Assembly (NCBI GenBank): GCA_030704615.1
Contig: CM060731.1
Coordinates: 620,001 to 684,000, forward strand
Length of the DNA: 64,000 nucleotides
From: Takakia lepidozioides
Taxonomy: Eukaryota > Plantae > Bryophyta
Reading direction: 5' to 3'
Shown one piece after another: positions 34,995 through 48,766 of this stretch (position 1 is its first letter; each line of letters begins with the position of its first letter). Made by a program: the position numbers and the translations under genes. The notes beneath the pieces are model-generated. The model had not been told where the DNA came from. It saw only the letters and a program-made list of their open reading frames with translations, and searched no databases.

Positions 34995-37900
34995 TGTCGC
35001 GGCCCCTTGCCTTGAGGGCAGGGGGTTGGGACACATGAGGGGCTGCCCCTGTGGTGGGGGCAACGGCAGCGATAGGTATGGGGGGGCTGAAGCACCCTTG
35101 AGTGCCCAAGGCACTCAGGGAAGCGGAGGCGCTCACTAGGTGGAGCCCCGCACACCGGGTTGCGGTGGGGGTGGCTCCACAAGGGGTGGTGGTAGCTTAG
35201 TGGGACTTAGTGGGGGTGGCATAGGACTCACCATGGGGGCGGAGACCTCGTGGTGGGAGTCGTGGGGAGTCTTGGGACTCATCACGGTCCATACGGGCCG
35301 TGGTGAGTGGGCCAAGACTCACCGCGACTCACCCCGGGAATCGAGGGTCTTTGTGGTGGTTCGCCATAAAATGGCATGGCTGGTTGTGAAACCCCCGGAC
35401 AGCTACAGAAGTATATATATGGAGTAGTAACCCCGAGAACGGTGCAAGCCCGTTGGTGACCAAAAACGAGTGAGCGAGCGAGCCGGAAAGCGACCAAAGA
35501 GTGGGAGCTGTTCCGGACTGCCAACTACCAAAGGGAATTCCCGCTGGTTCCAAATCGGTGGAGGGTTCTTTGGGAGAACAAAGGGGGACCGTTATGCCCC
35601 GGTGAGCAGCCGAAGCTCCAAGTTGGCTCGGCGGCCAGGTTGGGAGTCAGGCGCGCGCATCAAGGCGAGTAACTATGACTTGAAGGGGAGCTTACCAAAG
35701 TGAGGTGCGCGACACTTGGTATCAGAGCTTAGAGTTCAGTACGCGATCGTCCTTGGGATTGGCCTCATCATGGGGTCGGGCAAGCCGAAGCGAAAGCGGA
35801 ACGGCCCAAAGATGATGATCCCGGTGAGCCCGATGGGGGCGGCGTGTCACCGAGGCGGCCATTTGAGGAAGCGATGCATGTTTCCAAAAACGAGGCCGCT
35901 CAAGAGCGGGAGGAATCCGAGGAGTCGGAGCCCGAGGAATCCTTGAGAGCTCCGACAAACCAAGAGATGCCTCCCATGCCGGCAGCCTTTTGGGAAGGGT
36001 TGTTGGCGCAGTTTGGCGGGACGTTGAAAGACGTGTTGAAGGCGGCTAATGCCACTTCCGCTAAGGCAAAGTTTAAGGTGAAGCCTAAGGAACCCGGCAC
36101 CTTCGAGGGCGTCCGAAATCGGAAGGCACTCAACACCTGGCTCTTGGAGCTAGAGCAGTACTTCCGAGCGGCCAAGTTGAGTGACGAGGATCGGGTGGAA
36201 GTGGCTCCCACCTATTTGAGGGGCTATGCTCAACAATGGTGGCAGAAACGCCTTCACGACCGAGGTCCAAGCCCGGAAACCTTGAACTGGAGTGGGTTCA
36301 AGGAATTGATGAAGAGACAGTTTGTGCCCCTCAACGCGTCCTGGCTCGCCCGGGACAAGATGAGGAATTGAAGCAAACAGATGACATTCGGGGGTATGTC
36401 CAAGCTTTCAATGTGTTGTTGCTCGAAGTCGCGGACATGGCAGAACCAGAAATGGTCTTCAACTTTGTGGCGGGACTGGCCCCATGGGCCAGGCGGAAGT
36501 TGGAGGAGAAGCCACCCAAGACTTTGAACGAGGCTATTGAGAGGCTGAATGTTTCTCAGATGTCCCTAGGGTGAAAGACAAGACCGTACGGAGCTGAACC
36601 ACAAGAAGATTCGGCGGGAAGGTGACTCCTTCCGACCGGAAAAGAAGTGGGATAGGCCACGCGGCGAAAATGGCACGTGGAAATCGAAGGGAGGGCCTTC
36701 ACCGTCAAGGCGGCACCCGGTGCTTCGAAAAGAAAAGCGGGTGGAGCGGCTTATGGCGGACAGAAGGCGACCTTTGATGGAGTGTGTTTCAATTGCGGGG
36801 AGCCCGGGCACATGGCCAAGAAGTGCACGAAGCCCCGGCAATTGAACATGACTCGGGCGACCACGGAGCTGTCGGAAGATACCATCAGTCGCTTGGTGGA
36901 AGCGGTGGTCGCCAGGACTTGCAAGGTAGGCAAATTTTCTTGTGAGTTGTATCAGGAAACTGGCGCCTTACGAAAAGGGAGTCAGTTATTGTTCGTGGAT
37001 GGGATAATATCCGGAACTAATGTGTCGTTGTTGGTGGACACAGGGGCGTCGCACTCCTTCATGACACCGGCAACGGCACAAAAGCTGGGACTCCCGACAA
37101 GTGACGTGGGGGCCTCTATTGAGGTGCATTCTGCCAAAGAAGAACCACAGTTGGCGACAAGGTTGGCGATTGATGTTCCTCTTCAACTGGGGAGTTGGGA
37201 GGGACGTGAGAACTTCACCATCTGCGAGATCGATGGAGTGGATCTCATTTTGGGGATGAACTTTTTGAGCAAATCCGGAGCGGTCATAGATGGCCGCAAG
37301 AGAATAGTCACGCTGCCATGTGGGAATGGTGGCGAGGTTTTACGAGTGTCGGAAACGCCCAAATCCGTGGGAGGGCGAATAAACCTTCTGTCAGCAAAGG
37401 AGTGGGCCGTGGAGGAGGCACACGAGCCCCAGTTTTTGCTTTACATTAGAGAAGTGAAGGGAGAAGGCGATGGGGAGCCGAGCCCAGATTGGATCAAGGG
37501 GATTTTGGAGAAATACCAGGATGTGATGCCGGAGGATTTACCAAGCGGCTTGCCACCGCGAAGAGGAGTTGACCACAAGATTGAGGTGATACCGGGATCG
37601 GAACCGCCTGCCAAGGCGCCCTACCGGTTGAGCCACAGAGAGTTGGTCGAGCTGAAGACTCAGCTCAAGGATCTAATGTCAAAGGGGTACATCCGGCCGA
37701 GTAAGTCACCTTACGGAGCCCCGGTGCTATTTGCAGACAAGAAGGATGGGACGCTGCGGATGTGTGTCGATTACAGGGCTCTGAATAAGGTGACTATCAA
37801 AAACCGGTACCCTTTGCCAAGGATCGACGACCTCTTCGATCGGTTGGCAGGAGCGAAGTATTTCAGCCGGATCGACTTGCGCTCCGGCTATCACCAAATT

Positions 37901-40900
37901 CGGGTGGCGGAAGGAGATGAGGAGAAGACCGCGTGCAGGACAAGGTATGGTTCATATGAGTTCTTGGTGATGCCTTTTGGGCTCACCAATGCACCAGCGA
38001 CATTTAGCACGCTGATGAACAGCCTTTTCCAGGAGTGGTTGGATGACTTTGTGATCGTGTACATCGACGACATCTTGGTGTACTCGAAAACAAAGGAGGA
38101 GCACCTGGAGCACCTCAAAAGGGTGTTCCAAAAATTGCGGGAAGGGAAGCTGTATGCCAAAGCTTCAAAGTGCGAATTCGGGGTCACAAAAGTGGAGTTC
38201 CTGGGGCATGTGATTACACAGGATGGGATCAAAATGGATGACAGAAAGGTGAGGGCGATCTTGGACTGGGAGCCTCCGACTTCGGTCCCGGGAGTGCGAT
38301 CCTTCCTAGGACTCGCCTCCTATTACCGGAAGTATGTGAGAAATTTCGCCAAGATCGCGGGGCCGCTGTCGGACCTTCTGTGTAAATCCAAAGTCTGGTA
38401 TGGAACACATTTTGTGGCCAAGCTTTTGCTGAATTGAAGCAGCGGATGACGGAAGCTCCAGTCTTGAAAATCCCGGAGTTCGATCGTCCGTTTGAGATTC
38501 ATACAGATGCATCGGACTTCGCGATTGGGGGTGTACTTATGCAAGATGGACGTCCAGTGGCTTACGAAAGTAAGAAACTGAATGAAGTGGAGCGACGGTG
38601 GCCGACGCACGAAAAAGAGATGAAGGCGGTGGTGCATTGCCTTGAGCTCTGGCGCCACTATGTTGGTTCCAACCCAGTGAAGGTGTTCACGGACAATGTC
38701 ACGGTGAAGTATTTTGCCACGCAGCCCAAGTTGTCCCCAAAACAACTTAGGTGGCAAGATACTTTGGCAGTGTTCGACGTGGATATCCAGTACAAACCGG
38801 GACGGGACAATGTGGTGGCCGATGCTTTAAGTAGAAAGCAGCAGCTCTTGTTGGTGTACAAGGGCGAGACGGCGCTCCAAAGGAAGATCCGGAAGGCTTG
38901 CCGGAAGGATGAGCTGGCAAAGTCCGTGATGCAGGACTTGAGGATGGGGGTTAAATCGCAGTTCCACTTGCAAAATGGACTGCTCCGGTATAAGCAAAAA
39001 CGTCTCTACGTGCCGAAGGAAGGGATCAGAGATAGCCTCTTGAGAGAATGCCATGATAGCCCGCTTGCGGGCCACGGCGGAGCCAAGCGCACTGCGGCAC
39101 TCTTGAAGAAAGAGTATTTCTGGCCCAAACTGAGGGAGGAGGCAGAGGAGTATGTCAAGACATGCACCACATGCCAACAAAACCGGAGCGAGTACAAAAA
39201 GCAAGCGGGGCTGTTACAACCCTTGCCGATTCCAGAGGGGACTTGGGAAAGCGTCTCGATGGATTTCATGACTGCTATGCCGCTGTCAAAAGGATTCGAT
39301 GCAATCATGGTGGTGGTAGATAGGTTCAGTAAAATGGGCCATTTCATCCCCACCAAGGAGACGGCAACGGCGCAGGAGACAGGGCGACTTTACTTCGCCC
39401 ACGTCTTAAAGCATCATGGAGTCCCGAAGGATATTGTCTCGGACCGCGATCCAAAGTTTACGAGTAAATTCTGGAGAGCACTTTGGAAGAAGATGGGGAC
39501 GAGGCTGAAGATGAGCACCGCCTTCCGACCTACGACGGACGGCCAAACGGAAAGAGTGAATTCCGTAGTGAAGCAATTCTTGCGAAATTACGTGTCAGCA
39601 GACCAATCAGACTGGATGGAACACTTAGACGCGGCAGAGTTCTGTTATAATAACACAGAACACTCCGCAACGGGAGTTTCCCCTTTCGTATTGGTCTATG
39701 GAAAAGCACCTCTGGTGCCGACAAGTTGGGCCGCCCAGGACGTTGAGGAACCGGCAGTAGCAGCGGTACTGGAAGAACGCGAACGTTTGTTGAAGCTCGC
39801 AAAGTACAACATTGCCAAAGCTAGGAAACGGTATGAAAGGCAAGCGAATCGGAAGCGGAGGGAAGTGAAGTTTGAGGCAGGCACAGATGTCTGGTTGAAC
39901 ATCAAGAATTTCCGACTACCTCCGGAAGTGAGTCAGAAGTTCGTACCTCCGTATGCGGGACCCTTTCGCATTCGGAAGGTTATGAATGAGGATGTGTATG
40001 AATTGGAGCTGCCGGCAAACAGCAAAGTGCACCCAGTATTCCATGTCTCCCTTTTGAAGCCTTACTTCAAAGATGAAGCGCGTCCGAATCGGCATCAAGT
40101 GTTGCGTCCGCCACCTATGCTGTTGGATCATGAGAATGAACCTGAGTACGAGGTGGAGGCAATACTTAAGTCGAGGAGGTTCAGGAACCGAGAAACGGAG
40201 TATTTCGTCAAATGGAAGGGCTATCATCAGGTGGAGACCTCTTGGGTGCGTGCCTCAGAAATGGGAAACGCATCCGAGGCGGTCGCAACTTTCGAAGGGC
40301 GACCTCAAAAGCGGAAGAAGAGTTGATGGGGACATCAACCTTGGAGAGTGGGGGAGGAAATGCATGCTTAGTCCGGCTTAGCTAGCTTAGGAATCCGATT
40401 GCAAAAACTTGTATTGTACCAAAACGTGTTATAAATGAAATGGATTCCAAATGTTGTGCGTCCTATTTTGTTTGGAATGGTGATGCATGGTATGGTTGGC
40501 TAGTGTGTAGAATGCATGCTAGCTTATAAAAGTGGGAGAGGTAAATTGGGTTAATCGTGTGTTTGTGTAGTGCCGAAATCGGGTGACCCCCATCCGAGGG
40601 GCAAGGAAACTTGCACCTTCCTTGGGAGTTCACGTGCTAGTGCGCACCTGGCGCGTGCGCGTACTATAACTGCGCTACCGAGGGGGTTGCCTTGTAGTGC
40701 GGGCTAACGCGGAAGCTACGTGCTTCCGTTCACGTACTATAATCGTGTAGCCTCGGGACGAAGTCGTAGTGCGGCTTCGGCGTGTTCCCGTACCTCAGGC
40801 CAGCATTCCAAGGCGGACCCAATTGTAGTGATTGGGGCGCACGGTTGGTTCAAGGTTATCTTCCTAGTCAAAGAGGGTTCCAGGGAACCCTTGCTCAAGG

Positions 40901-41955
40901 TGATGCCAAAAGCGGCATCATGAGCGATCGCAAGCAATGTTGTTGCAGCAAGGCGATTCGATCCTCAAGGAGGATCGTTCATTCGCCTTGAAGTAGGCCA
41001 AGAAGAGTGCACTGGGAGGAGCTGGAGAGGCTCCACCCTTGGCCGGGACTTGGAGGAAGTCGGCCGAACTAGCTAGTGGAGAGTAGAGTCAAGTGTGGGG
41101 TTTGGTTCTTTGTCATGGGACGCCATGGTACAGAAACAAACTCCTTGATGTGGGACGCCACAACTTGGATGTTCGTTTCTACAAAATGGACAAGTCGATG
41201 ATGACATCGACTCCATGTTGGTAGGGGTGTGTGTCGCGGCCCCTTGCCTTGAGGGCAGGGGGTCGGGACACATGAGGGGCTGCCCCTGTGGTGGGGGCAA
41301 CGGCAGCGATAGGTATGGGGGGGCTGAAGCACCCTTGAGTGCCCAAGGCACTCAGGGAAGCGGAGGCGCTCACTAGGTGGAGCCCCGCACACCGGGTTGC
41401 GGTGGGGGTGGCTCCACAAGGGGTGGTGGTAGCTTAGTGGGACTTAGTGGGGGTGGCATAGGACTCACCATGGGGGCGGAGACCTCGTGGTGGGAGTCGT
41501 GGGGAGTCTTGGGACTCATCACGGTCCATACGGGCCGTGGTGAGCGGGCCAAGACTCACCGCGACTCACCACCGGGAATCGAGGGTCTTTGTGGTGGTTC
41601 GCCATAAAATGGCATGGCTGGTTGTGAAACCCCCGCGGACAGCTACAGAAATATATATAGGGAGTAGTAACCCCGAGAACGGTGCAAGCCCGTTGGTGAC
41701 CAAAAACGAGTGAGCGAGCGAGCCGGAAATCGACCAAAGAGTGGAGAGCTGTTCCGGACTGCCAACTACCAAAGGGAATTCCCGCTGGTTCCAAATTGGT
41801 GGAGGGTTCTTTGGGAGAACAAAGGGGGACCGTTATGCCCCGGTGAGCAGCCGAAGCTCCAAGTTGGCCCGGCGGCCAGGTTGGGAGTCAGGCGCGCGCA
41901 TCAAGGCGAGTAACTATGACTTGAAGGGGAGCTTACCAAAGTGAGGTGCGCGACA
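34995..41955 (+). mobile_element. Ty3/gypsy chromovirus (Galadriel-like), copy B, structurally complete
   Basis: LTRs 34995-35714 and 41232-41955; TSD CATGG; PBS TGGTATCAGAGC at 35717-35728. Confidence 0.96.
35770..40326 (+). pseudogene. Copy B gag-pol (gag, PR, RT, RH, IN, chromodomain) with several small frameshifts
   Basis: Zn knuckle, DTGA, YIDD, TDAS, SDRD..TDGQTER, GPF motif, chromodomain EYEVEAILKSR..YFVKWKGY. Confidence 0.94.
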
Positions 41956-43006
41956 CATGGGCCAACGACATAGGCTACACTAGAGGTCGCACTTGGGCCT
42001 CGACATACGAGACCCATTGGGATACATAGGAAATTGCACTTGGTCTTATATTTCAATTCTTCACGCATGGGCCAAAGGTACAGGCTACCCTAGAGGTCGC
42101 ACTTGGGCTTTGACATAGGAGACGCACTAGGATATACAGAAGATTTTACACTTGGGCTTAAATGACACTGGACTCTTGGGCCAATGGCACATGCTACCCT
42201 ACCGGTTGCATTTGGGCCTCGACATAAGAGACGCAATTGGATACATGGGCCAAGGGCACATGCTACCCTAGTAATGTGTGAGATAATCCGTGGGACAGTG
42301 GCGGCCTATATTTTAATGCTATTGTACACATGAACTAGCCACAAATTAGTTCATATGGTTATGAACCGTGGTTCAGCGTACCTATATTGGAATGTTTCTA
42401 TATCCCCAGACAACCCGATGCCCATTGCCCACTCCTTCAGAGCCCATGAAGCCCCACCGCCTCCATCATAATGTTTCTTCACCTATCCAAGCATACTAGA
42501 ATGTTTTATGAAGCAATGAATCTATACCAAAGATGCCGATTGCTTCTGCTTTAATATTTCTATACATAAGTGATTGTACTCTCTATCTGGTTTCTCTCTC
42601 ATTCATTGTGGGTGCTTCTCTCTATTGTACTTCAGTGTTCATTCCTTCTCTCTTGTCCAAATTACATCAGGTTGTCTTGTTGTGTGTTGTCAAATCACAA
42701 CCACCAGTACTTCAGTACTATCCTGCATGAATCAGTAGATGTGGATTACCATTCGCCAGCTCAAGCAAATGGATGGTGTCGCACAATACAGCCACTCTTT
42801 TAAAAACAAATACATTATTATAGCCCACGAACTGAACATTTCCCTCCCAAAGTGCCCACTTGTGCCTCATTCAGATTTCAAGAAAAAAACATGGTTTGGC
42901 TACATCTTTTGCAGGAGAGCATGGGTACATTTAATGTCAATATTGTGGTCTAGACCACAATATTGTGGTCATATGGTGCGGTGCATTGCTATGTTGTGAG
43001 CCTTAA

Positions 43007-43829
43007 CCCTTAAGTTCCCAAGCGACCTCAATCGGGTCACTTTGAACTTGCGGTTCGACCTAACTTTTGCAGATCTAATCTGATGGGGCCCACTCCTGAA
43101 GCTTTAATGACAAGGGATTTGTCTGGAGTATGATGCAAAAAACAGAATTTCAAAAAAACAAAAGCTTCAACCTACAAAAAATATCTTAGATCTCTCATTT
43201 ACGTTTTGGGGCCTGAAAAGGGCTTGTTGACCGCTGACATGGCAGGTAAACAAGCCTAAAACAGATTGCACTCCAAAGGCCATTTTTGGCATAAAATTAG
43301 CAATTTTGGAAAAAACACTTCACCATGTGGCGTGTGAGCATTACATACACACATCCACCATTGGCTTTTAAAAAATTTTGTTAAAAAAAAAGTACTTCAC
43401 TCGGAGACACATTTTCTCTTGTCAATTTTGAGATTTCAACCCCCGTGTAATTGCATGAATAGCAAGCATAGGTGAAAAAATCAGTTGGACCTGCAATTTA
43501 GTGGGGTCATAGCCACTCCACTATTGATTTGGAAATGGTGGGTCTTGGGGCAAGCAAAATTGGATAAAGCTAGGTTTTGATTTGGTCAAACCAATTTCTA
43601 TCTCAGTTTTTCTTTGGGACCTGATATTTGAGGTCCTGGCAATCGCTATAATCTCACAATTTCCACGGTGGACTTGGCTCCCTTTTTGGTATGTCATGCA
43701 TAAATGAGCTGGCCCATTGCTATAAGGCTGGAATCTTTGGATGATTTTCGGTAGGTTTCTAGGGGCAATTTACTGCAGCTGGGTACCCAAAATTGGTAAA
43801 AAGTCAACAAGGGCTTGGGAACTTAAGGG
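43007..43829. mobile_element. piggyBac-like MITE 3
   Basis: 17-bp TIR CCCTTAAGTTCCCAAGC; TTAA at 43003-43006 and 43830-43833. Confidence 0.82.
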
Positions 43830-45585
43830 TTAAACTCCCAATTATTCAACAATGAGAAGCTGTAGTGATTAAGAAGATAAGGTGGTTTTACATTTTTTCA
43901 TTTAAAATAAGCCTCAAATGGCCATTGGCTCTCTTGCTTTGCTTTGGCACAACATAAGAGGAAGGTAAGACTAGGGAGCATGACTCAGCACAACACACCC
44001 ATCAGCCCCTTGACACGGTGTAAGGTACTTTGACCACATTTTCTCCATTGACTTGCATGTCTCCGCAAAGTCTCTCATAGAAGTGGATCTTCTCTCCTAT
44101 TCCCATCCTCCCATCCCCCACTTTCAAGCTCCTCACCTCCGGCTTTCTCTTTTTAGGCTCCCCTCCTCCCCTTCCGTCCAACCTTCACGCTCCCCAGCTC
44201 CTGTAACAACAAACTTAATCTTGAAAGGGGTTACAGGAGGAGGAAAACTTGAAAAAAGAGCACGCCATATGGGAAGCTTGATGGTAGGGAGGATGGACAG
44301 GATGGGGTGGGCATTTGACAGCGGGCCCGCTAGAGGAGTCTGGGGCTGCCCGGGCGACCATTTCGCCTGGCAGGCCGGCCGGGCCGATGGGATGACATTA
44401 TCTTATTTGAGGTCTAGGTCAGAAGTGTACTCCACATAACTTAGTTACCTTTAAGGGGTTATACAAATTAATGAACCAAAAAATAAAAATAAAAATAATG
44501 ATTTACCCTTCATACGGGTAATGGTAAATGAAAAGGGTACATCCGGGTACTTATTTACCCCTTAACCTGCTTTACCCTCCAGGTGAATCCAGATAAACGA
44601 ATTACCGGCACAAGATTGGTATGGTATGATCTCAGTAGACCAACGGAGGGAATCTTCCTTAGGCGCAAAGTTTAGAGCTCTCGGAGCTGTGCAAAAACCC
44701 AAATTTGCTGGCATGCAGGCCAGAGAATGACGCCGGCAGGAGTTCTTCAAAGATCCTTCAGAAATGGTAGGACAACGGGCTTGACAAAGGTGCGGTAATC
44801 TTCATGTATGCGCTGGAAGAGTTTTTGGGGGAGGGGCTGGCCCGGGGAATTTTGAGGACAGGACTATATCTGCAGTGTTCAGTTAATTGTGGATTTCTGG
44901 TTTTCTGCAACAGCTGGAAAGTGGTTCTTGGTTTCGTGCTTCATGCTCAGCATGGATATGGTGGAGGAGGCTTTCGAGTAATGGAATAAATGCAATAGGA
45001 GGGCTAGAAGCCAAACATTCTCAGCTTTTAAAGTGTTATGTGTGATTGTCGTGCCAGCCTACATGGCAGCTTGCTTTCTCTTCACTTCGTCACATATTTC
45101 TGGTTTAGAAAGACGAAGATGGGGAATGGAGTGACTAATATTGGAAGATGTATCTGCCAGTTTGCTCCTTTGGCCAGGTGAAACACTTGAGAGCACTCCC
45201 ACTAACACACCAGCGGACCGGGATTTCCGGATACTTTGATTAATGAAGACAACATCTATCTTAATATTTTCGGTGTTGTGAAGAAGCACATGTGCTGGTT
45301 ATCCCATTCCACGTTATATGGGGAACTCCAGAGGGGAAATGGTGTTGTTGCTCATCTCATAAGAGGCCCACATGGTTCTACTCTATCCAGGTATGATAAG
45401 AGACACGATAGTCGCTTATCGTCTGCCTTTGTCCGAGCTAGAGTTGTTTCGGAGATCGAGTTCTATTCACGAAAACCCGAGGGGATGTCTCAGACTTGGG
45501 CATGGCAGGTCTGGTGCAAGCATGTTCAGGGACAATCCTCAGAGTCCCTTGACTGGGATCTTCTTCTTAAAATTTTAACTCCACA

Positions 45586-48500
45586 ATGGATTTGCTCCCA
45601 TTCTCCCTCTCCCCTTTCTCCTTACACACACAGTTGTTTCTTTGGCATCTGAGTGGCAGCAAGGGTCCTGGTGTTGGTCCTTCCATTATCGGCACAGCTG
45701 TGACTCGAGGGGGAAGAGAGTATGGAAAAGGCATCAAGGACTCTTGTGGCACTGGTGGATACGTGATGTTTCTCTGCAAGGAGGGCCGGTTGCAGGAGGC
45801 AGTGTATGTTTTGGATTTTATGGATCATCAAAGCATGCCTGTATACCCGGATACCTATGCTTGTCTGATGCAAGGCTGTGGCAAGATGAAAGCCCTGGCA
45901 GAGGGCAAGCAGGTCCATGCCCACATGATTAAAAATGGGTTCGAGCAAGACATTTTTCTAAGGAGCAGACTTGTCAGTATGTATGCCAAGTGTGGAAGTG
46001 TTTTGGATGCCCGGCAATTGTTTGACACAATACCAGAACGAGATGTGGTTTTGTGGACTTCAATCATTGCAGGATATGCTAAACAAGGGGATAAAGAAGA
46101 GGCTTTCAAACTCTTTGAGCAAATGCAGCGTGAAGATGTGAAGCCAAACAAAGTCACCTTCATGAGCCTGCTGAATGCATGTGCGAGCCCAGCAGCACTA
46201 GAACGGGGCAAGTGGGTCCATGCCTGCATTGCAGAAGCTGGATATGAGGCAAATGTCCGTGTGGGAACTGCCCTTGTCAGCATGTATGCCAAGTGCGGGA
46301 ATGTGTTATATGCCCGCGAAGTGTTCAATAGAATGCCTACAAGAGATGTGGTCTCATGGAATGCCATGATAGCAGCCTATGTTCAGCAAGGGTACAATGA
46401 AGAGGCATTGCAACTTTTTTGGCATATGCAAGTCAGCGGCACAAAACTAGACAAGGTGACCTTCTTGAGCATCCTCAATGCATGTTCTAGCCCAGCAGAC
46501 CTGGAACAAGGCAAAGCGGTTCATGCGCACGTTACAAAAAGTGGCTTTGAGGCAAATTCCTGTGTGGGGAACGCCCTTGTCAGCATGTATGCCAAGTGTG
46601 GGAGTGTAGTGGATGCCCGCCAAGTGTTTGACATAATGCCTAAGCGAAATGTGGTCTCCTGGAATGCAATGATTGGAGGATTTGCTCAGCAAGGGCAAAG
46701 TGACAAGGCATTAGAGCTCTATTTGAAAATGCTACAAGAAGCTGTGCATCCCAATAGGGTTACCTTCATCAGCATTCTCATTGCATTTGCTAGCCCGGCA
46801 GCTTTGCAACAGGCCAAGTGGGTCCATTCCCACATTTCAAAAGCTGGGTTTGAGTCGGATATCCGTGTGGGAACTGCTCTTATCAGCATGTATGCCAAGT
46901 GTGGGAGTGTGGTGGATGCATGCCAAGTTTTTGACAAGATTTCTGAACGAGACATGGTCTCATGGAACGCAATGATTGCAGCTCATGCTCAGCATGGGCT
47001 TGGGAAAGAGGCCTTTGAGCTCTTTGAGCAAATGCAACAAGAGGGCCTCAAACCAAACAAGATCACTTTTATTAGCATCCTCACTGCATGTGCCAGCCCA
47101 GCATTTCTTGAACAGGGCAAGAGGATCCATGCCCACATCATGGAATCTGGTTATGCATCAGAGGTCCGTGTGGAAACTGCTCTTATGAGTATGTATGCTA
47201 GGTGTGGGAGTGTTGTGGTTGCTAGCCAAATATTTAATGAAATGCCTAAACAAAATGTTGTGTCCTGGAATGCGATGATCACAGGATATGCTCAGCAAGG
47301 GCATGGTGAAGAGGCATTTGACGTCTTTGCGCAAATGCAGCAAGAATGTGTGAAGCCAAATAAGGTCACCTTCATTAACATCCTCAATGCTTGCAACTCA
47401 GCAGCCCTGGAAAAAGGCAAGCAGTTCCATGCTCAGATAAGTAAAGCTGGATTTGAGTCAGACATCCGTGTGGGAACTGCCCTAATCAGCATGTATGTCA
47501 AGTGCGGGTGTATGGTGGGTGCCCGCCAAGTTTTTGACAGATTGTTTGAACGAGATGTGGTCACATGGAATGTGATGATTGCCGGATCTGCTCAGCAAGG
47601 ACGTAGTGATGAGGCATTCAAACTCTTTTGGCAAATGCAAGAAGAAGGTGTGAAGCCTGACGAAGTTACTTTCATTAGCATCCTTAGCGCATGTGCCAGC
47701 CTAGCGGCTCTGGACGAGGGTAAGCGCGTTCATACCTATATCACGGAAGCTGGATTCAAGTCAAATATCTCTGTTGCCAATTCTCTTGTTGACATGTATG
47801 CCAAGTGTGGGAGTATGGTGGATGCACATCATGTGTTCGACAGTATACGTAAACGCAATGTAATCTCATGGACTGCAATGATAATGGGCTATGCTCGGCA
47901 TGGACGTGGCAAGAAAGCCCTTCAGATGTTTGAAAAGATGCAACAGGAAGGGGTCAAGCCAACTGATGTCACGTTCCTTGGTGTTTTATCAGCATGCAGC
48001 CATGTGGGCTTTTTGGATGAAGGCCATCGTCACTTCCATTCCATGGTTTCAATCCACGGAATCACACCAACAGGCAAGCACTATGGGTGCATGGTTGACC
48101 TACTTGGTCGTGCAGGGCAGTTAGTTGAGGCAGAGGACTTAATAAGGAAAATGCCATTTGAACCAGATGTTTCAGTGTGGGGGGCCTTACTTGGTGCCTG
48201 CAGAATTCATGGTAATGTCCAGCTAGCAGAACATGCTGCAGAATGTATTCTCAAGTTGGAACCACAAAATTCTGGAGCATATGTGCTGCTATCAAACATC
48301 TATGCTGCAGCCGGCAAGTGGGAGAATGTCGCGAAGGTGAGAAGAGCAATGGAGGACAAAGGCGTGACAAAGGATTGAGGTCAAGGACAAGATACATATT
48401 TTCTCTGTAGGAGATAGATCACACCCACAAACAGAAGCTATATATGCTGCATTGGATAGGTTGACTAGGGAAATGAAGGAGGAAGGATACGTTCCTGCCA

Positions 48501-48766
48501 CGCACTTTGATTTGCATGACGTTGCTGAGCAGCATAAGGAATGGTCTCTCTGCCACCATAGTGAAAGGCTGGCGATGGCCTATGGGCTCATCAGCACGCC
48601 TCCTGGAGAATCTATCCGGATCATTAAAAACATTCGGGTGTGTGGCGATTGCCACACTGCCATGAAGTTGATCTCCAAGATTGTTGGGCGAGATATTTTC
48701 ACAAGGGATGCCACCCGCTTTCATCATTTCAAAAATGGGGTGTGCTCTTGTGGGGATTATTGGTGA
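45586..48766 (+). pseudogene. PLS-class PPR-E-DYW C-to-U editing factor, frameshifted between E and DYW (start codon uncertain)
   Basis: About eight P-L-S triplets (SMYAKCG, VVSWNAMI, KPNKVTF); E domain VWGALLGACRIHG. DYW domain (HSERLA, CGDCH, GDYW) lies in another frame after a stop at 48376-48378. Confidence 0.9.

Larger units (their letters stand above)
34285..42270 (+). repeat. Degenerate tandem array (CACTTGGGCC/GACATAGGAGAC/GGATACATAGG units) at ~34285-34440, 34750-34994 and 41956-42270, split by copy B
   Basis: Recurrent units on both sides of the insertion. Confidence 0.7.
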
